Origin: a virus | DNA length: 64,000 nucleotides | Direction: 5' to 3' (one strand) | IMG/VR virus record: IMGVR_UViG_3300001199_000004 | In this document: in pieces, positions 9,246 to 18,209 of the stretch | Numbering within the stretch: the first letter of the stretch is position 1 | How the letters are laid out: each line of letters opens with the position of its first letter | The notes under the pieces: model-generated | The model's database searches: none | The model's input: the letters and a program-made list of their open reading frames with translations, nothing else | What the model was told of the DNA's origin: nothing | Made by a program: the position numbers and the translations under genes

Positions 9246-9557
9246 TTACTTGCAATCCTTCAGGGGAGTCGGGCGGAATCGCAGATCACGTTCGATATAC
9301 AATCCAAACTGCAGCTTGATAGCTTGCAATTCAGGAATCGAGAAATACCCCAATTCGCCTTCGGGGCACATCTGGGAAACAACCTTACCGAAGGCACGGC
9401 CTTCAGACGGGTCATATTCGCTCATATACCAAGTGTGCGAGCCGCAGGGGTTGAAGAATTTGGCATAGGCCAGAGCTTCTTGTCCCTTGCCGTCTTGTGA
9501 ATACAGAGCAGGCGTTTTCTTCAGGATTTCAGCCGTCAACATTTTTTGGCGAGCCAT
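9246..9557 (-). CDS. DUF2958-family protein
   Basis: P.LYSQDG...AKFFNP.G..TWY..EYD...FG.V...ELGYFS..EL...IERDL.F.P pattern. Confidence 0.85.
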   Translation of the reverse strand: MARQKMLTAEILKKTPALYSQDGKGQEALAYAKFFNPCGSHTWYMSEYDPSEGRAFGKVVSQMCPEGELGYFSIPELQAIKLQFGLYIERDLRFRPTPLKDCK

Positions 9558-9749
9558 ATCAAATCTCCTTGTGATACCCTTTAAGGTACAATTAAATGAT
9601 ATTTAACTCTACGAATTTAGCACTTGTTGTTGTGCTTTATTTTCTGGCAAAAACCATCATATATGCTGCAGTAATCCAACAGGCAACCACTGAAAGAACC
9701 GCAAGACTCATACAAATGCAATGAAACATTTTATCTCCCTTTATACCAA

Positions 9750-10034
9750 TTAAGGTACAATTAAATGATGTTTTCGGCTATTGACCTTGTAAATCTTTTC
9801 CATTGAGACGCCAATGGCATTTTTATAGGTGATTTTTACATCAATGCCATGTCGATGGATGGCAACAGACTCACCAAAAATTTTCTGGTCTTTATCAATG
9901 CCTGCCATATCGGGGTCGGCCTTGAACATATCATAGGCAATGTTTTCGGCACGACCATAAACGTCGTACACATTGTCAACGAATCTATCCCAGGCAAAAA
10001 CACTTACAGCAACACTTCGCATATCTTCTGCCAT
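9750..10034 (-). CDS. hypothetical protein
   Basis: TAATG-coupled to upstream gene; ends HLIVP* in motif. Confidence 0.7.
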   Translation of the reverse strand: MAEDMRSVAVSVFAWDRFVDNVYDVYGRAENIAYDMFKADPDMAGIDKDQKIFGESVAIHRHGIDVKITYKNAIGVSMEKIYKVNSRKHHLIVP

Positions 10035-10237
10035 TACCAGTCCTTTGACCCGTGGTCACTGTTTAGCTCATCATCATGGGCATCATCATAATTGGGCTCT
10101 TGTGTCTGCCCAGCTAAATGAGCAAAGATGCCCCGTGGATTAGTTCGATTATGATATTTGTCTTTGCATCGTTGGTGGCAGAACTTCTTGTTCGGATGCC
10201 CCTTGATAGCTTTACCGCAATTTGGACAGGTTTTCAT
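10034..10237 (-). CDS. small Zn-finger protein (CxxC...FCxxxC)
   Basis: MKTCPNCG...KKFCHQRCKDKYHN; ATG 7 nt after TACCTT. Confidence 0.75.
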   Translation of the reverse strand: MKTCPNCGKAIKGHPNKKFCHQRCKDKYHNRTNPRGIFAHLAGQTQEPNYDDAHDDELNSDHGSKDW

Positions 10238-10242
10238 ATTAT

Positions 10243-10581
10243 TTAAGGTACAAACAAATGGTCGATAATGAAATCCGCAGCTTCTTCCACTTTGAAGCAA
10301 TCGAAATACTTTTTGTTCTGGTAGACTTCTTCGGAAGGTGTATTTCCTTGCATGGAGAAATCTGTAGACTTTCCGAAATACACAACAATTTGGTCGCTGT
10401 TCCGAAATTCGGAAAAGGAAACCTTATGGTTGTTCTTCCAATTGGACACACTGAACCCTTGTTCGCGGCCATTGCAGTATGGCTCAGTCAACAGTTGAGC
10501 AGCTTGTTCCCCTTCATTGACACCATAAAGAATCGCAGCCAGTACCGCAACACCTTGAGCATTCTTCTTATTGAGCAACAT
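10243..10581 (-). CDS. hypothetical phage protein
   Basis: AAAGGA RBS; ends HLFVP* in motif. Confidence 0.75.
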   Translation of the reverse strand: MLLNKKNAQGVAVLAAILYGVNEGEQAAQLLTEPYCNGREQGFSVSNWKNNHKVSFSEFRNSDQIVVYFGKSTDFSMQGNTPSEEVYQNKKYFDCFKVEEAADFIIDHLFVP

Positions 10582-10612
10582 TTTATATCCTTTGTTTCTC
10601 TTTAAGGTGCAA

Positions 10613-10804
10613 TTAAATCATGTTTTGCACATAAATCTTGGACCCAAGCATAACCGTAAGTGCTAAACTACCGAGTATCATAAATACCGAGCCAAAACTC
10701 ATAAGAATTAAGCAAGGTAAAATCAGACCCATTGCCAAAAGAAATCGTTTGGGTTCTGGGGTATTGTTATATGCTTGCCAAAAGTTGATGATTTTTATTT
10801 TCAT
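10613..10804 (-). CDS. small two-TM membrane protein
   Basis: ATG 7 nt after TACCTT; two hydrophobic stretches. Confidence 0.65.
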   Translation of the reverse strand: MKIKIINFWQAYNNTPEPKRFLLAMGLILPCLILMSFGSVFMILGSLALTVMLGSKIYVQNMI

Positions 10805-10820
10805 ATCAATTAAGGTACAA

Positions 10821-11408
10821 TTAAATGGCTTTATCAATGAACCCCAAGATTGTGTCCCAGGGAACAATGAATTGCCCATTCTTCTGCAACAAATCAATGA
10901 ACCAACGAAGGGGTGCCGAGCTTTTTCCTTCCGTACATCCATCAATAACACAGAATGGGATAAATAAGTCCATTCTGGTATTGTTAACCAAAGCATCGAA
11001 ACGAGCTTGGTTGTATTTACCTTTTCTTCTGGTTTGATTCCACAGTGCGAACGGTTCATCGTGATATTGCACAATTTGAACCAGTTCAGCTAAATGCGTC
11101 TCTGACACAATACCTTCGGCCATTTCCTTGAGGAATGCGGCAGCTTGGCTGGCATGACTCTTGGGATGAGGAATAGGGACTTCCTCAGCGTCAGGCTTAA
11201 ACGTATCGTGAACGTGGATTAAAACCTTGAACGTCGTATAATGCGATTTAACGAAGGGGTCCAAAGATGCGAGTTTGTCTAGGTTCCTTTCTAACTCATT
11301 GATATGAGCTAAAATAGAGCCTTCTGGATGCCCATTACGAGGTTTCCCCCAAAGGATATTCTTTTGATATCGGGCATCATTCAAAATGTTCGCATAAACT
11401 TGTTCCAT
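10821..11408 (-). CDS. HD-domain phosphohydrolase-like protein
   Basis: HPEG...H, HVHDTFK, H, YHD, D residues of the HD superfamily; ATG 7 nt after TACCTT. Confidence 0.75.
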   Translation of the reverse strand: MEQVYANILNDARYQKNILWGKPRNGHPEGSILAHINELERNLDKLASLDPFVKSHYTTFKVLIHVHDTFKPDAEEVPIPHPKSHASQAAAFLKEMAEGIVSETHLAELVQIVQYHDEPFALWNQTRRKGKYNQARFDALVNNTRMDLFIPFCVIDGCTEGKSSAPLRWFIDLLQKNGQFIVPWDTILGFIDKAI

Positions 11409-11506
11409 GTCGTTTAAGGTACAATCAAATGGTTTATAGATCAACACTCCAGTTAATTTAAATGATCAGCACTTAAGAGAAGGGATCAAATTTGGATCTG
11501 GTTGAT

Positions 11507-11620
11507 GTAAGTCCTTACTGAATATAGACTTAACATTCTGCCCTAGCAAGGGAATTACAACCTTTTACTTAAGGGTATAGTAATGACTTTGTTGTAAGTC
11601 CTTATCTGTAAATGACTTAC
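11507..11620. repeat. two GTAAGTC-N13-GACTTA dyad sites
   Basis: 11507-11533 and 11594-11620. Confidence 0.7.
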
Positions 11621-11690
11621 GTCAGTGGAACATAAGGGCAGTAGTTTTGGAGATTGACTCCGCCTTAAGGCGATCACAAGAAATACGAAT

Positions 11691-11710
11691 GATTTGATTG
11701 TACCGTAAAA
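11691..11710 (+). promoter_or_regulatory. inverted variant of the promoter-like motif (TACCGT)
   Basis: GATTTGATTGTACCGTAAAA. Confidence 0.6.
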
Positions 11711-11982
11711 CGGTATAAAAAAGAGCCTCCCTCAAGGCGTTTGGCTTTGAAACCAGTTGCCAAGAGGGAAGCTTATCGCACATGTAAAGATATTAAGTAA
11801 TTGAGATTAGTTACGCTTCATAAAATCACCTGTGGGGCTTTTAGAAGGTTCATTAGATAAGCAACTGTGGGTTAACCAGTTGCCTTAAAATGAAATTTAC
11901 ATAACTAGCTCCTTTCCGATTATTACTTAGAGGTTTATAGTTATCTGTCAGCCTTATATCCTATAAGGTACAGTTAAATGGT

Positions 11983-12429
11983 TTATTCTTCTGGATTGGC
12001 CCACCAACCTCGTTCAACCATGTCATCCAATGTTTTTTGGGTTTCTTTTTGATGTTCCTCTTCGAGCATTTCGCTGAATTCTTGATTTGCCAATGAATTA
12101 TAGGCTTGTTGAGCTTTAATCTTCATGTATTGCATGAAGAACGTTTCGATGATGTATTGCTCAAAAATAGATTGTGTGATTTCATTGATGAGATAATCTT
12201 CCCCTGTGTAACGGTTCAGTTCGACGCTGCCACCAACCGATAGCTTAAAGCCAGGGACCATCTTGACCCCTTTAATGCTCGGTTGTGCGATTGGGATTTC
12301 TTCAATGAAGATACCCCATTTTTTACACACCAAGAAACCATCGTCGATTTCAAGAGGAATATCTAGGTCCAAACCTAGATTAACAGCAACTTGTTCGATA
12401 ACAGGTTTTAGGTCTTTGAGAGTATTCAT
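11983..12429 (-). CDS. hypothetical protein
   Basis: 148 aa; ATG 7 nt after TACCTT. Confidence 0.8.
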   Translation of the reverse strand: MNTLKDLKPVIEQVAVNLGLDLDIPLEIDDGFLVCKKWGIFIEEIPIAQPSIKGVKMVPGFKLSVGGSVELNRYTGEDYLINEITQSIFEQYIIETFFMQYMKIKAQQAYNSLANQEFSEMLEEEHQKETQKTLDDMVERGWWANPEE

Positions 12430-12607
12430 AATGATTAAGGTACAATTAAATGGTTACTTGTTGAACCAGTCTTCTTTGACTTCGCTAACCTGCAGAGTTT
12501 CCATTCCGTCTTCGGAATGCCACGGATTATCGTTTATGGGTTCTCGTTCCCACAATTGGCCATTATCATCATGACCGTAGATAGTGCCGCCATAGTAATC
12601 ACTGGCA

Positions 12608-12793
12608 TCAATATGAATTGTTTTCATTGTTTTCTAAAAACGCCCTAATTTTGTAGGCACGTTTCTCCGCAATTTTGTCAAATTCTTCATCGCCAGTAGT
12701 TGGGACTATGACAAGAACATCGCAGTTGTCACTTGTCGAGTCTTGAATTTCAAAATCCCCATTTACATTACGTTCGACGTTGAAGTTTTTCAT
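12608..12793 (-). CDS. hypothetical protein
   Basis: ATG 7 nt after TACCTT. Confidence 0.65.
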   Translation of the reverse strand: MKNFNVERNVNGDFEIQDSTSDNCDVLVIVPTTGDEEFDKIAEKRAYKIRAFLENNENNSY

Positions 12794-12817
12794 ATTAATT
12801 AAGGTACAGTTAAATGA

Positions 12818-13255
12818 CTAAACCAGGACAGGCTCGCAAATTTCCAATTCCTCGACCCAGAATCCTTCGCTTCGACCATCTTCAAGTAGAACGATATAGA
12901 GCGGGTCAACATTTTGTGCCCCATTGTCCCCATAATCAATATCAGTAATCATTCCACACAATCCGACAACGCTAAGTTCTCCCATATCGCTCGGATTGTT
13001 TTCCGAGTAAATGACACGGACAGGATTACCAACCGTCAAATTAGGGGAGACTACGATAGGTTGATTCCATTCGACGCCCATTTCCTTGAGGATATTTTGG
13101 GCTTCCTTGGTCTGATTCACCCAAGACACGAAATCGACCAGGGGCTTGAGGGAGAGGTTGCTGTTGAGCATGGAGCCTTGCCGCTTCATCCCAATAAAGC
13201 CGTGACGTTCCAGTTGATTGGCGAGAACGGAAAGAGTCGGCTTGAGAGCTTGCAT
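12818..13255 (-). CDS. hypothetical protein (SH3/KOW-like C-terminal part possible)
   Basis: Start moved to MQALK; contains one copy of the 57-bp duplication. Confidence 0.7.
   Translation of the reverse strand: MQALKPTLSVLANQLERHGFIGMKRQGSMLNSNLSLKPLVDFVSWVNQTKEAQNILKEMGVEWNQPIVVSPNLTVGNPVRVIYSENNPSDMGELSVVGLCGMITDIDYGDNGAQNVDPLYIVLLEDGRSEGFWVEELEICEPVLV
12866..12922. repeat. 57-bp exact direct repeat, copy 1 (copy 2 at 25039-25095)
   Basis: TTCGCTTCGACCATCTTCAAGTAGAACGATATAGAGCGGGTCAACATTTTGTGCCCC. Confidence 0.9.
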
Positions 13256-13544
13256 TTTGAATATCTTTCTTAAATGAGGGTTGCTTCGATACCCTATAAG
13301 GTACAATTAAATGGATTTTTGTGAATTCCTCGAATGAAACTCCTTGGTCCCCATCCTTATCGACTTGACTGAAATCTACGTATCGAATCTCTTCTTGCTT
13401 CAAAATCCCATCTTTGTTTACATCCAATTCCATAAAAGCATGATGGATGTCGGGATTTTGCGTGTAGGATTGAGCGAAACAATTGGAAGAGAGACACAGA
13501 AACAAAAACAAATATCGCAAGAAATTTTCCTTATATTTCTCCAT
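13041..13544 (-). CDS. secreted EF-hand protein (signal peptide + two Ca-binding loops)
   Basis: Hydrophobic N-terminus; DVNKDGILKQEE and DKDGDQGVSFEE loops; C-terminal tail arises by reading through the motif at 13296. Confidence 0.75.
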   Translation of the reverse strand: MEKYKENFLRYLFLFLCLSSNCFAQSYTQNPDIHHAFMELDVNKDGILKQEEIRYVDFSQVDKDGDQGVSFEEFTKIHLIVPYRVSKQPSFKKDIQNASSQADSFRSRQSTGTSRLYWDEAARLHAQQQPLPQAPGRFRVLGESDQGSPKYPQGNGRRMESTYRSLP

Positions 13545-13587
13545 TTACGACTTCACACCGAACACGGTCAAAAACACCATCAATGCT

Positions 13588-13968
13588 TTAAGGTACAATT
13601 GTATGAATAAATTCAACTCGAATTATGGATGATAAATTGATATGGGGACATTTGCCCAACAAATTATGCACAGCTTTCCGTGGGCTCTTGCCACAATCCC
13701 ATTTATCTGGATTGTCTTTTAATTGGGCTTGATACAGCCCATCTTTACGTTCTTGGACCTCAATCCACAGTTCTGTTTTTTTGGTTTCTTTTTCCAAGGC
13801 AACACAAGCTAAGGTCGCCTGTTTTAATGCTTGGGGGTCATTATCCACAAGAAAAGTGTTAATGTGTTCATCAAGCCTAAACACCTGCAAAGCATTCAAA
13901 GCAATTTGCAAAGGATTCGTTTCGTCAGCAGGGTTAGGTTTCATTTGGTTCATGCCATTGGTGTCCAC
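13588..13968 (-). CDS. hypothetical protein
   Basis: ORF track; ends TIVP* in motif. Confidence 0.65.
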   Translation of the reverse strand: MDTNGMNQMKPNPADETNPLQIALNALQVFRLDEHINTFLVDNDPQALKQATLACVALEKETKKTELWIEVQERKDGLYQAQLKDNPDKWDCGKSPRKAVHNLLGKCPHINLSSIIRVEFIHTIVP

Positions 13969-14158
13969 AATTCAAACAAGTGACAGGCAACCGATTTAAT
14001 TCATCGGGGCCATCTTCATTGCTAATGTCGCTGCTATTACAAACAGGACATTCATTCTGAACAGTATCGTATTCAGCCCAGGAGTCGTTTTCTTTAGTCA
14101 TAATGATTAAGGTACAATTAAATGAATTGGTTGTTCCATCCCATCAAATCTTCCTCGA

Positions 14159-14386
14159 TCATCGAAGATTGGGAATGCCATAAGGAGCAACAACCCTAAT
14201 TGGGTTACTCCAGCTACATTGCCAACGGGTATAATGGGTGGTTGCTCCACCAACAGCATATAGCCCATCTGCCCCTTCAAGCATCGTAATGAAACCTACA
14301 TCACCAGTTCCATGCCATTTAACAATATACAATCCAGCATGAGTTGGTTGATTGGGATAAACTGAGATTTCCATAATTCTCTCCAA
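14159..14386 (-). CDS. hypothetical protein (start probably 14374)
   Basis: GGAG RBS before ATG. Confidence 0.6.
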   Translation of the reverse strand: MERIMEISVYPNQPTHAGLYIVKWHGTGDVGFITMLEGADGLYAVGGATTHYTRWQCSWSNPIRVVAPYGIPNLR

Positions 14387-14523
14387 AAAAAATAAGTGGC
14401 GTGGGCACGACCCCTCTTTTGAACCGTCGCCACCTGTACGTTGTCAGGGTGGTTAGACTGCCGTAGCGTGTTCTTTATCCCAGGTCATTAGAGCGTATAC
14501 CCATTTGACCAGGACCACTCAAT
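14385..14523 (-). ncRNA. candidate structured small RNA
   Basis: Begins 7 nt after TACCTT; GAGTGG/CCACTT closing stem, two internal hairpins, U-tract; no ORF >=60 aa. Confidence 0.5.
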
Positions 14524-14547
14524 ACTCTCTAAGGTACAATCAAATGA

Positions 14548-15384
14548 TTAACTGGCCTTCTTTTTCCCAGGAATTGGCCCCTTGCCTTCCATCCATTGTT
14601 CCAATTGTTCGACCGTAAACCAACCAAAATTGTTTTCTTGTTGCTTCATAGGGTTCAACCAATATATCACATTATGGCGAGTATCTTTGCGTTCCCCCTT
14701 TGCCCATGCCGGCGACAAAGCATAATAACCACAGGGAGCATCCAAAATGCCCAAGCATTTGCCCGAGCCCTTTGTTTGTTGATTTAGGGCATCAATTTTT
14801 TGCTTAATGCCCGTGGCATCAGACGCAAGAGCCAACTTGTGGGCATCTTCATCATTGGCTTTCATGGCATTCAACATAGCGGCTGGTAAATGGCTGATAA
14901 TCCCCAAGCACAGCCCACCATTTTGGAAAACTCCCCCACCACCCTTCCAAATGCCAATATCCTTTTCAAGGAATGCTTCGTTCAATTGTGCCAAATGCTT
15001 TTGACCTTCTTTGCCCTTAACCAACACCCCAAAACTACGCTCATCCCAAGCGGTATTCAAGGGATTACGGTCATAAAGTTCTTGGCTTTTAAGTGCTTTC
15101 ACCGTAAGGAGTTCTGGTTTCTTGTCCCAAAACTGCTTAATGGTCAAAATGGAAATATCCCCTTCGACCAAATAGTGGAGCGTGTCGGGGAGTTTTTGGA
15201 TGCGACGCTTTTCCATGCCGTACTTGGAAATATCGTCAACAATGCCAAAATCTTCTTTGAGTCGCTTAATGCCCCATTCATGTTCAGCACAGTAATCGGC
15301 TCCAAGATTCAGAGCCATAACGCGACCATTCTTGCTGGTCGGCGTTTCGTCTAGCATCCACATGTTATCACGAGCAGCACGCAT
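14548..15384 (-). CDS. hypothetical phage protein (278 aa)
   Basis: Long ORF, AAAGGA RBS, between motifs. Confidence 0.85.
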   Translation of the reverse strand: MRAARDNMWMLDETPTSKNGRVMALNLGADYCAEHEWGIKRLKEDFGIVDDISKYGMEKRRIQKLPDTLHYLVEGDISILTIKQFWDKKPELLTVKALKSQELYDRNPLNTAWDERSFGVLVKGKEGQKHLAQLNEAFLEKDIGIWKGGGGVFQNGGLCLGIISHLPAAMLNAMKANDEDAHKLALASDATGIKQKIDALNQQTKGSGKCLGILDAPCGYYALSPAWAKGERKDTRHNVIYWLNPMKQQENNFGWFTVEQLEQWMEGKGPIPGKKKAS

Positions 15385-15428
15385 AATTTAATTCCTTTGT
15401 TGCTATTTAAGGTACAATTAAATGATTA

Positions 15429-15722
15429 TTATTTGTAATACATGTCATGCAAATAGCAATCATTGAATTTCGTTTTGGGGTCATACCAATTGTCCCCATT
15501 CTTTTTATTATATTCCTTGTCATCTGGATGGGGAGCAGGATACAAATCAACTGCTGGAAAGCCACAGGTATGCCCATCAAGCAACACTAAGAGGGAGAAT
15601 ACAACTCCATGACATTTTTCCTCAACAGTTCTGCCTTCAAGTTTAGCCCAATAGTCGGCAGTGCCCCGACAAATACGCAGAAATTCCTCACGAACCTCTT
15701 CAACTGTTTTTGCTCTGGACAT
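15429..15722 (-). CDS. hypothetical phage protein
   Basis: Between motifs. Confidence 0.75.
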   Translation of the reverse strand: MSRAKTVEEVREEFLRICRGTADYWAKLEGRTVEEKCHGVVFSLLVLLDGHTCGFPAVDLYPAPHPDDKEYNKKNGDNWYDPKTKFNDCYLHDMYYK

Positions 15723-15744
15723 AATTTAAGGTACAATTAAATGG

Positions 15745-16098
15745 TTAGTATTCGTCAGGAACGTCTTGATCCATGATCTTTTCTTCATAGACATCAAACA
15801 ACGCTTGCTGAACCTCTTTGGGCAAATCAATCGTTGAATCAGCATGAATGTACGCATTGTTCAAGGTGCGTTCATCGTTGCCTTCAGGAGGCCAGCCAAG
15901 GTTGTCTGAACCACCATACATGCTCCCAGAGTCATAATAGCCACTGGACAACCAGTTGATTATCAGTTCGCCATCACTCTTCAAAAACCCGTTGAGCATG
16001 GGCAAATGTTTGCCATTCAGGTCAAACACACCCACTTCGGGTTGATATTCCAATTCAATTGCGAAGGAACCAGGAGCGTTTTTCCATTTGTTTTTCAT
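15745..16098 (-). CDS. acidic hypothetical protein
   Basis: ATG 7 nt after TACCTT. Confidence 0.75.
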   Translation of the reverse strand: MKNKWKNAPGSFAIELEYQPEVGVFDLNGKHLPMLNGFLKSDGELIINWLSSGYYDSGSMYGGSDNLGWPPEGNDERTLNNAYIHADSTIDLPKEVQQALFDVYEEKIMDQDVPDEY

Positions 16099-16129
16099 AC
16101 TATTTAAGGTACAATTAAATGGTGGAACT

Positions 16130-16324
16130 TTACAGGTTTGTCAGTAATGCAATTTTACCGTCATCATCACAAGGCCCGATATTGTTGCGAATAAACGCCA
16201 ATGCCTCGGCTTTCCCTTCTGGGGTTCTAGGGAAAGCTCCAATGGACTTCCATCCACCATCACAATCTAAAGATGGAAAATCCAAATAAATCACACCAAC
16301 ATCTTCTTCTTGTTCTTTTTTCAT
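16130..16324 (-). CDS. hypothetical protein
   Basis: ATG 7 nt after TACCTT. Confidence 0.65.
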   Translation of the reverse strand: MKKEQEEDVGVIYLDFPSLDCDGGWKSIGAFPRTPEGKAEALAFIRNNIGPCDDDGKIALLTNL

Positions 16325-16348
16325 ACTATTTAAGGTACAATTAAATTG

Positions 16349-16543
16349 TTAATCAACTGCAGCATGATACTTGGCACGAATTACAGCCCATTCTGCGTAT
16401 GGTAAATTGACTTGTTCAAATGTCAATCCAAAGAACTTTGCAGCACGACATTTTTCATCGTATTGATAAATCATTGTACGCCGCTTAACTTCAGCTTTAA
16501 GTGCGTTATATTCACCAAGTAACTGCAAAAGTTTTTCACTCAT
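16349..16543 (-). CDS. hypothetical protein
   Basis: ATGA overlap with the upstream gene. Confidence 0.65.
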   Translation of the reverse strand: MSEKLLQLLGEYNALKAEVKRRTMIYQYDEKCRAAKFFGLTFEQVNLPYAEWAVIRAKYHAAVD

Positions 16544-16728
16544 CGAAGAAGCATTCCCAGGATGTTCCCATTGCCAACTCTTTGCCCAATTGCCGTAAAA
16601 GTGGCATTGTAGGATTCAGAATAATACCCAAGAGGCTTGCCAGTCTCATCGGTAAGATAAATCTTGTCCCCTTGGTAGTCTAACCAACCAATGGTACGGC
16701 CAGTGTTATCAGATAGTCGTTTTTTCAT
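16540..16728 (-). CDS. hypothetical protein with DxxGxxxG repeats
   Basis: DNTGRTIGW / DETGKPLGY. Confidence 0.7.
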   Translation of the reverse strand: MKKRLSDNTGRTIGWLDYQGDKIYLTDETGKPLGYYSESYNATFTAIGQRVGNGNILGMLLR

Positions 16729-16734
16729 GTTGTG

Positions 16735-17022
16735 TTAAGGTACAATGGAATGACTGTAATCTTCGATCCTGGTATTAACCTCTTCAAGCAAATCCTGAAG
16801 ATCCCAAAGATCCTTACGGCGACGCTTGTCTAATCCCTTGATGGTACGCTCAATGGCACCAACAAATTTTTGGAGGAATTCTACATTATCACCTTCTACA
16901 CTGAAATTATAGAAGTAATAGCCGTCGCCACGTTGTCGTGGGGGACTATCATAACAGGGATCACAACCCCACCATGATGCGAATTCTTCAAATGAAAAAG
17001 TACCTTCTTTTGTAGTAATCAT
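16735..17022 (-). CDS. hypothetical protein
   Basis: ATG 7 nt after TACCTT; ends HSIVP*. Confidence 0.7.
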   Translation of the reverse strand: MITTKEGTFSFEEFASWWGCDPCYDSPPRQRGDGYYFYNFSVEGDNVEFLQKFVGAIERTIKGLDKRRRKDLWDLQDLLEEVNTRIEDYSHSIVP

Positions 17023-17027
17023 ATCTT

Positions 17028-17219
17028 TTAAGGTACAATGGAATCGTTTTTCTTTACAGTTCGCTCACATAAATCGTAAGCTGAACTGAGATAAGCTGCA
17101 GGGACTTGATTGGGATAAATTCTCTTGAATTTAGTCCTTTGGTCATCTGTGAGTTGAGCCAAAATCTCTTCTAATTTGGCTCGTTTGAATTCTTCCGCCA
17201 ATTTATCAAGAGTTCTCAC
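17028..17219 (-). CDS. hypothetical protein
   Basis: GTG start after motif; ends DSIVP*. Confidence 0.65.
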   Translation of the reverse strand: MRTLDKLAEEFKRAKLEEILAQLTDDQRTKFKRIYPNQVPAAYLSSAYDLCERTVKKNDSIVP

Positions 17220-17240
17220 TTAGTTCCCTTTAAGGTACAG

Positions 17241-17447
17241 TTAAATGGTTGGTTCGTTTACTTTAGCCATCCGTTCCAGTTGGTCACGGACGTTCTCGTA
17301 ATCAAGCTGGTCATTGCCAGTATTAGGGACAACAAGCACGCTGCACAACTCCGCAGCTAAGGTAGTGTCATTAAGACAAGTATAAAACTCAAGTAGGTTT
17401 GATTCTACCGCATCAATGATGGATGCTTCACGTTCTGTACGAAACAT
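17241..17447 (-). CDS. hypothetical protein
   Basis: AGGAG RBS directly after tRNA-Arg. Confidence 0.7.
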   Translation of the reverse strand: MFRTEREASIIDAVESNLLEFYTCLNDTTLAAELCSVLVVPNTGNDQLDYENVRDQLERMAKVNEPTI

Positions 17448-17460
17448 TTTATTCTCCTAG

Positions 17461-17534
17461 TATCCCCGACAGGACTCGAACCTGTAACATTCAGAGTAGA
17501 AATCTGATACTCTATCCAATTGAGTTACGGAGAC
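17461..17534 (-). tRNA. trnR: tRNA-Arg (UCU)
   Basis: Cloverleaf; TCAGA-TT TCT AC-TCTGA anticodon arm; GGTTCGAGTCC T-arm; no encoded CCA. Confidence 0.93.
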
Positions 17535-17540
17535 AAAGTA

Positions 17541-17756
17541 TTATACCACAGATTTTGGAACATAACCAGGGTTGAAGCCAAAACCGCCAATGGCTTTACC
17601 GTCCACAAAAACAAATGCTCCTACATATACTCCATCGTCCCCATTAGCTTTTTCCTCTGCGATACTAAGTAATCTCTCAGGGATGTAGCCATTTTGTCGT
17701 TCTACAACATAATAGCCATCTTCTCGTGACCAATCCCAAACAAGTAATTCGTACAT
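17541..17756 (-). CDS. hypothetical protein
   Basis: AAAGGA RBS after motif. Confidence 0.65.
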   Translation of the reverse strand: MYELLVWDWSREDGYYVVERQNGYIPERLLSIAEEKANGDDGVYVGAFVFVDGKAIGGFGFNPGYVPKSVV

Positions 17757-17933
17757 TAGAGTTCCTTTGTTGTCTTTTAAGGTACAATTAAGTGGAATAC
17801 CGTTCTTTATCGAGTTGTTTGCCTTTCTCGCATTTATCACAAGCTCGTTGTACGATCATATTACACGTACCTGGAATCGTGTAATGATAGAATACATACA
17901 ACCAACCTTTATCTTTACATTTTTTACACATGG

Positions 17934-18209
17934 TTAATCTTTGGTCGAATCCAAAGGCGTCCGATGATGAACATTACCTTCTAAATCGACAGTAATTTCC
18001 TCTCTGTATGGGCCATAACCAATGGTTTCATAGCTCATACAAGGAGTGGAATTGCGATGAATAATTCCTTGTTTTACCCCACGTTTTTTTAAATAGGTAA
18101 AAGCACCTATTACAATCTTGTCAGGCCAATCCACATGATAAATGGTTTTGGTTTCAGTGGTAAAAGGATATTTGGGGGCAACTGGTGTGTATGGTTTAGC
18201 AATTATCAT
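17934..18209 (-). CDS. hypothetical protein
   Basis: ATGA overlap with the upstream gene. Confidence 0.7.
   Translation of the reverse strand: MIIAKPYTPVAPKYPFTTETKTIYHVDWPDKIVIGAFTYLKKRGVKQGIIHRNSTPCMSYETIGYGPYREEITVDLEGNVHHRTPLDSTKD

Noticed and set aside
11740-11890. c-di-GMP-I riboswitch (CCAGTTGCC ends; also the GAAA loop near 24845)
   Set aside because: The GGCAAAC...GAAA...GACGCAAA core is missing.
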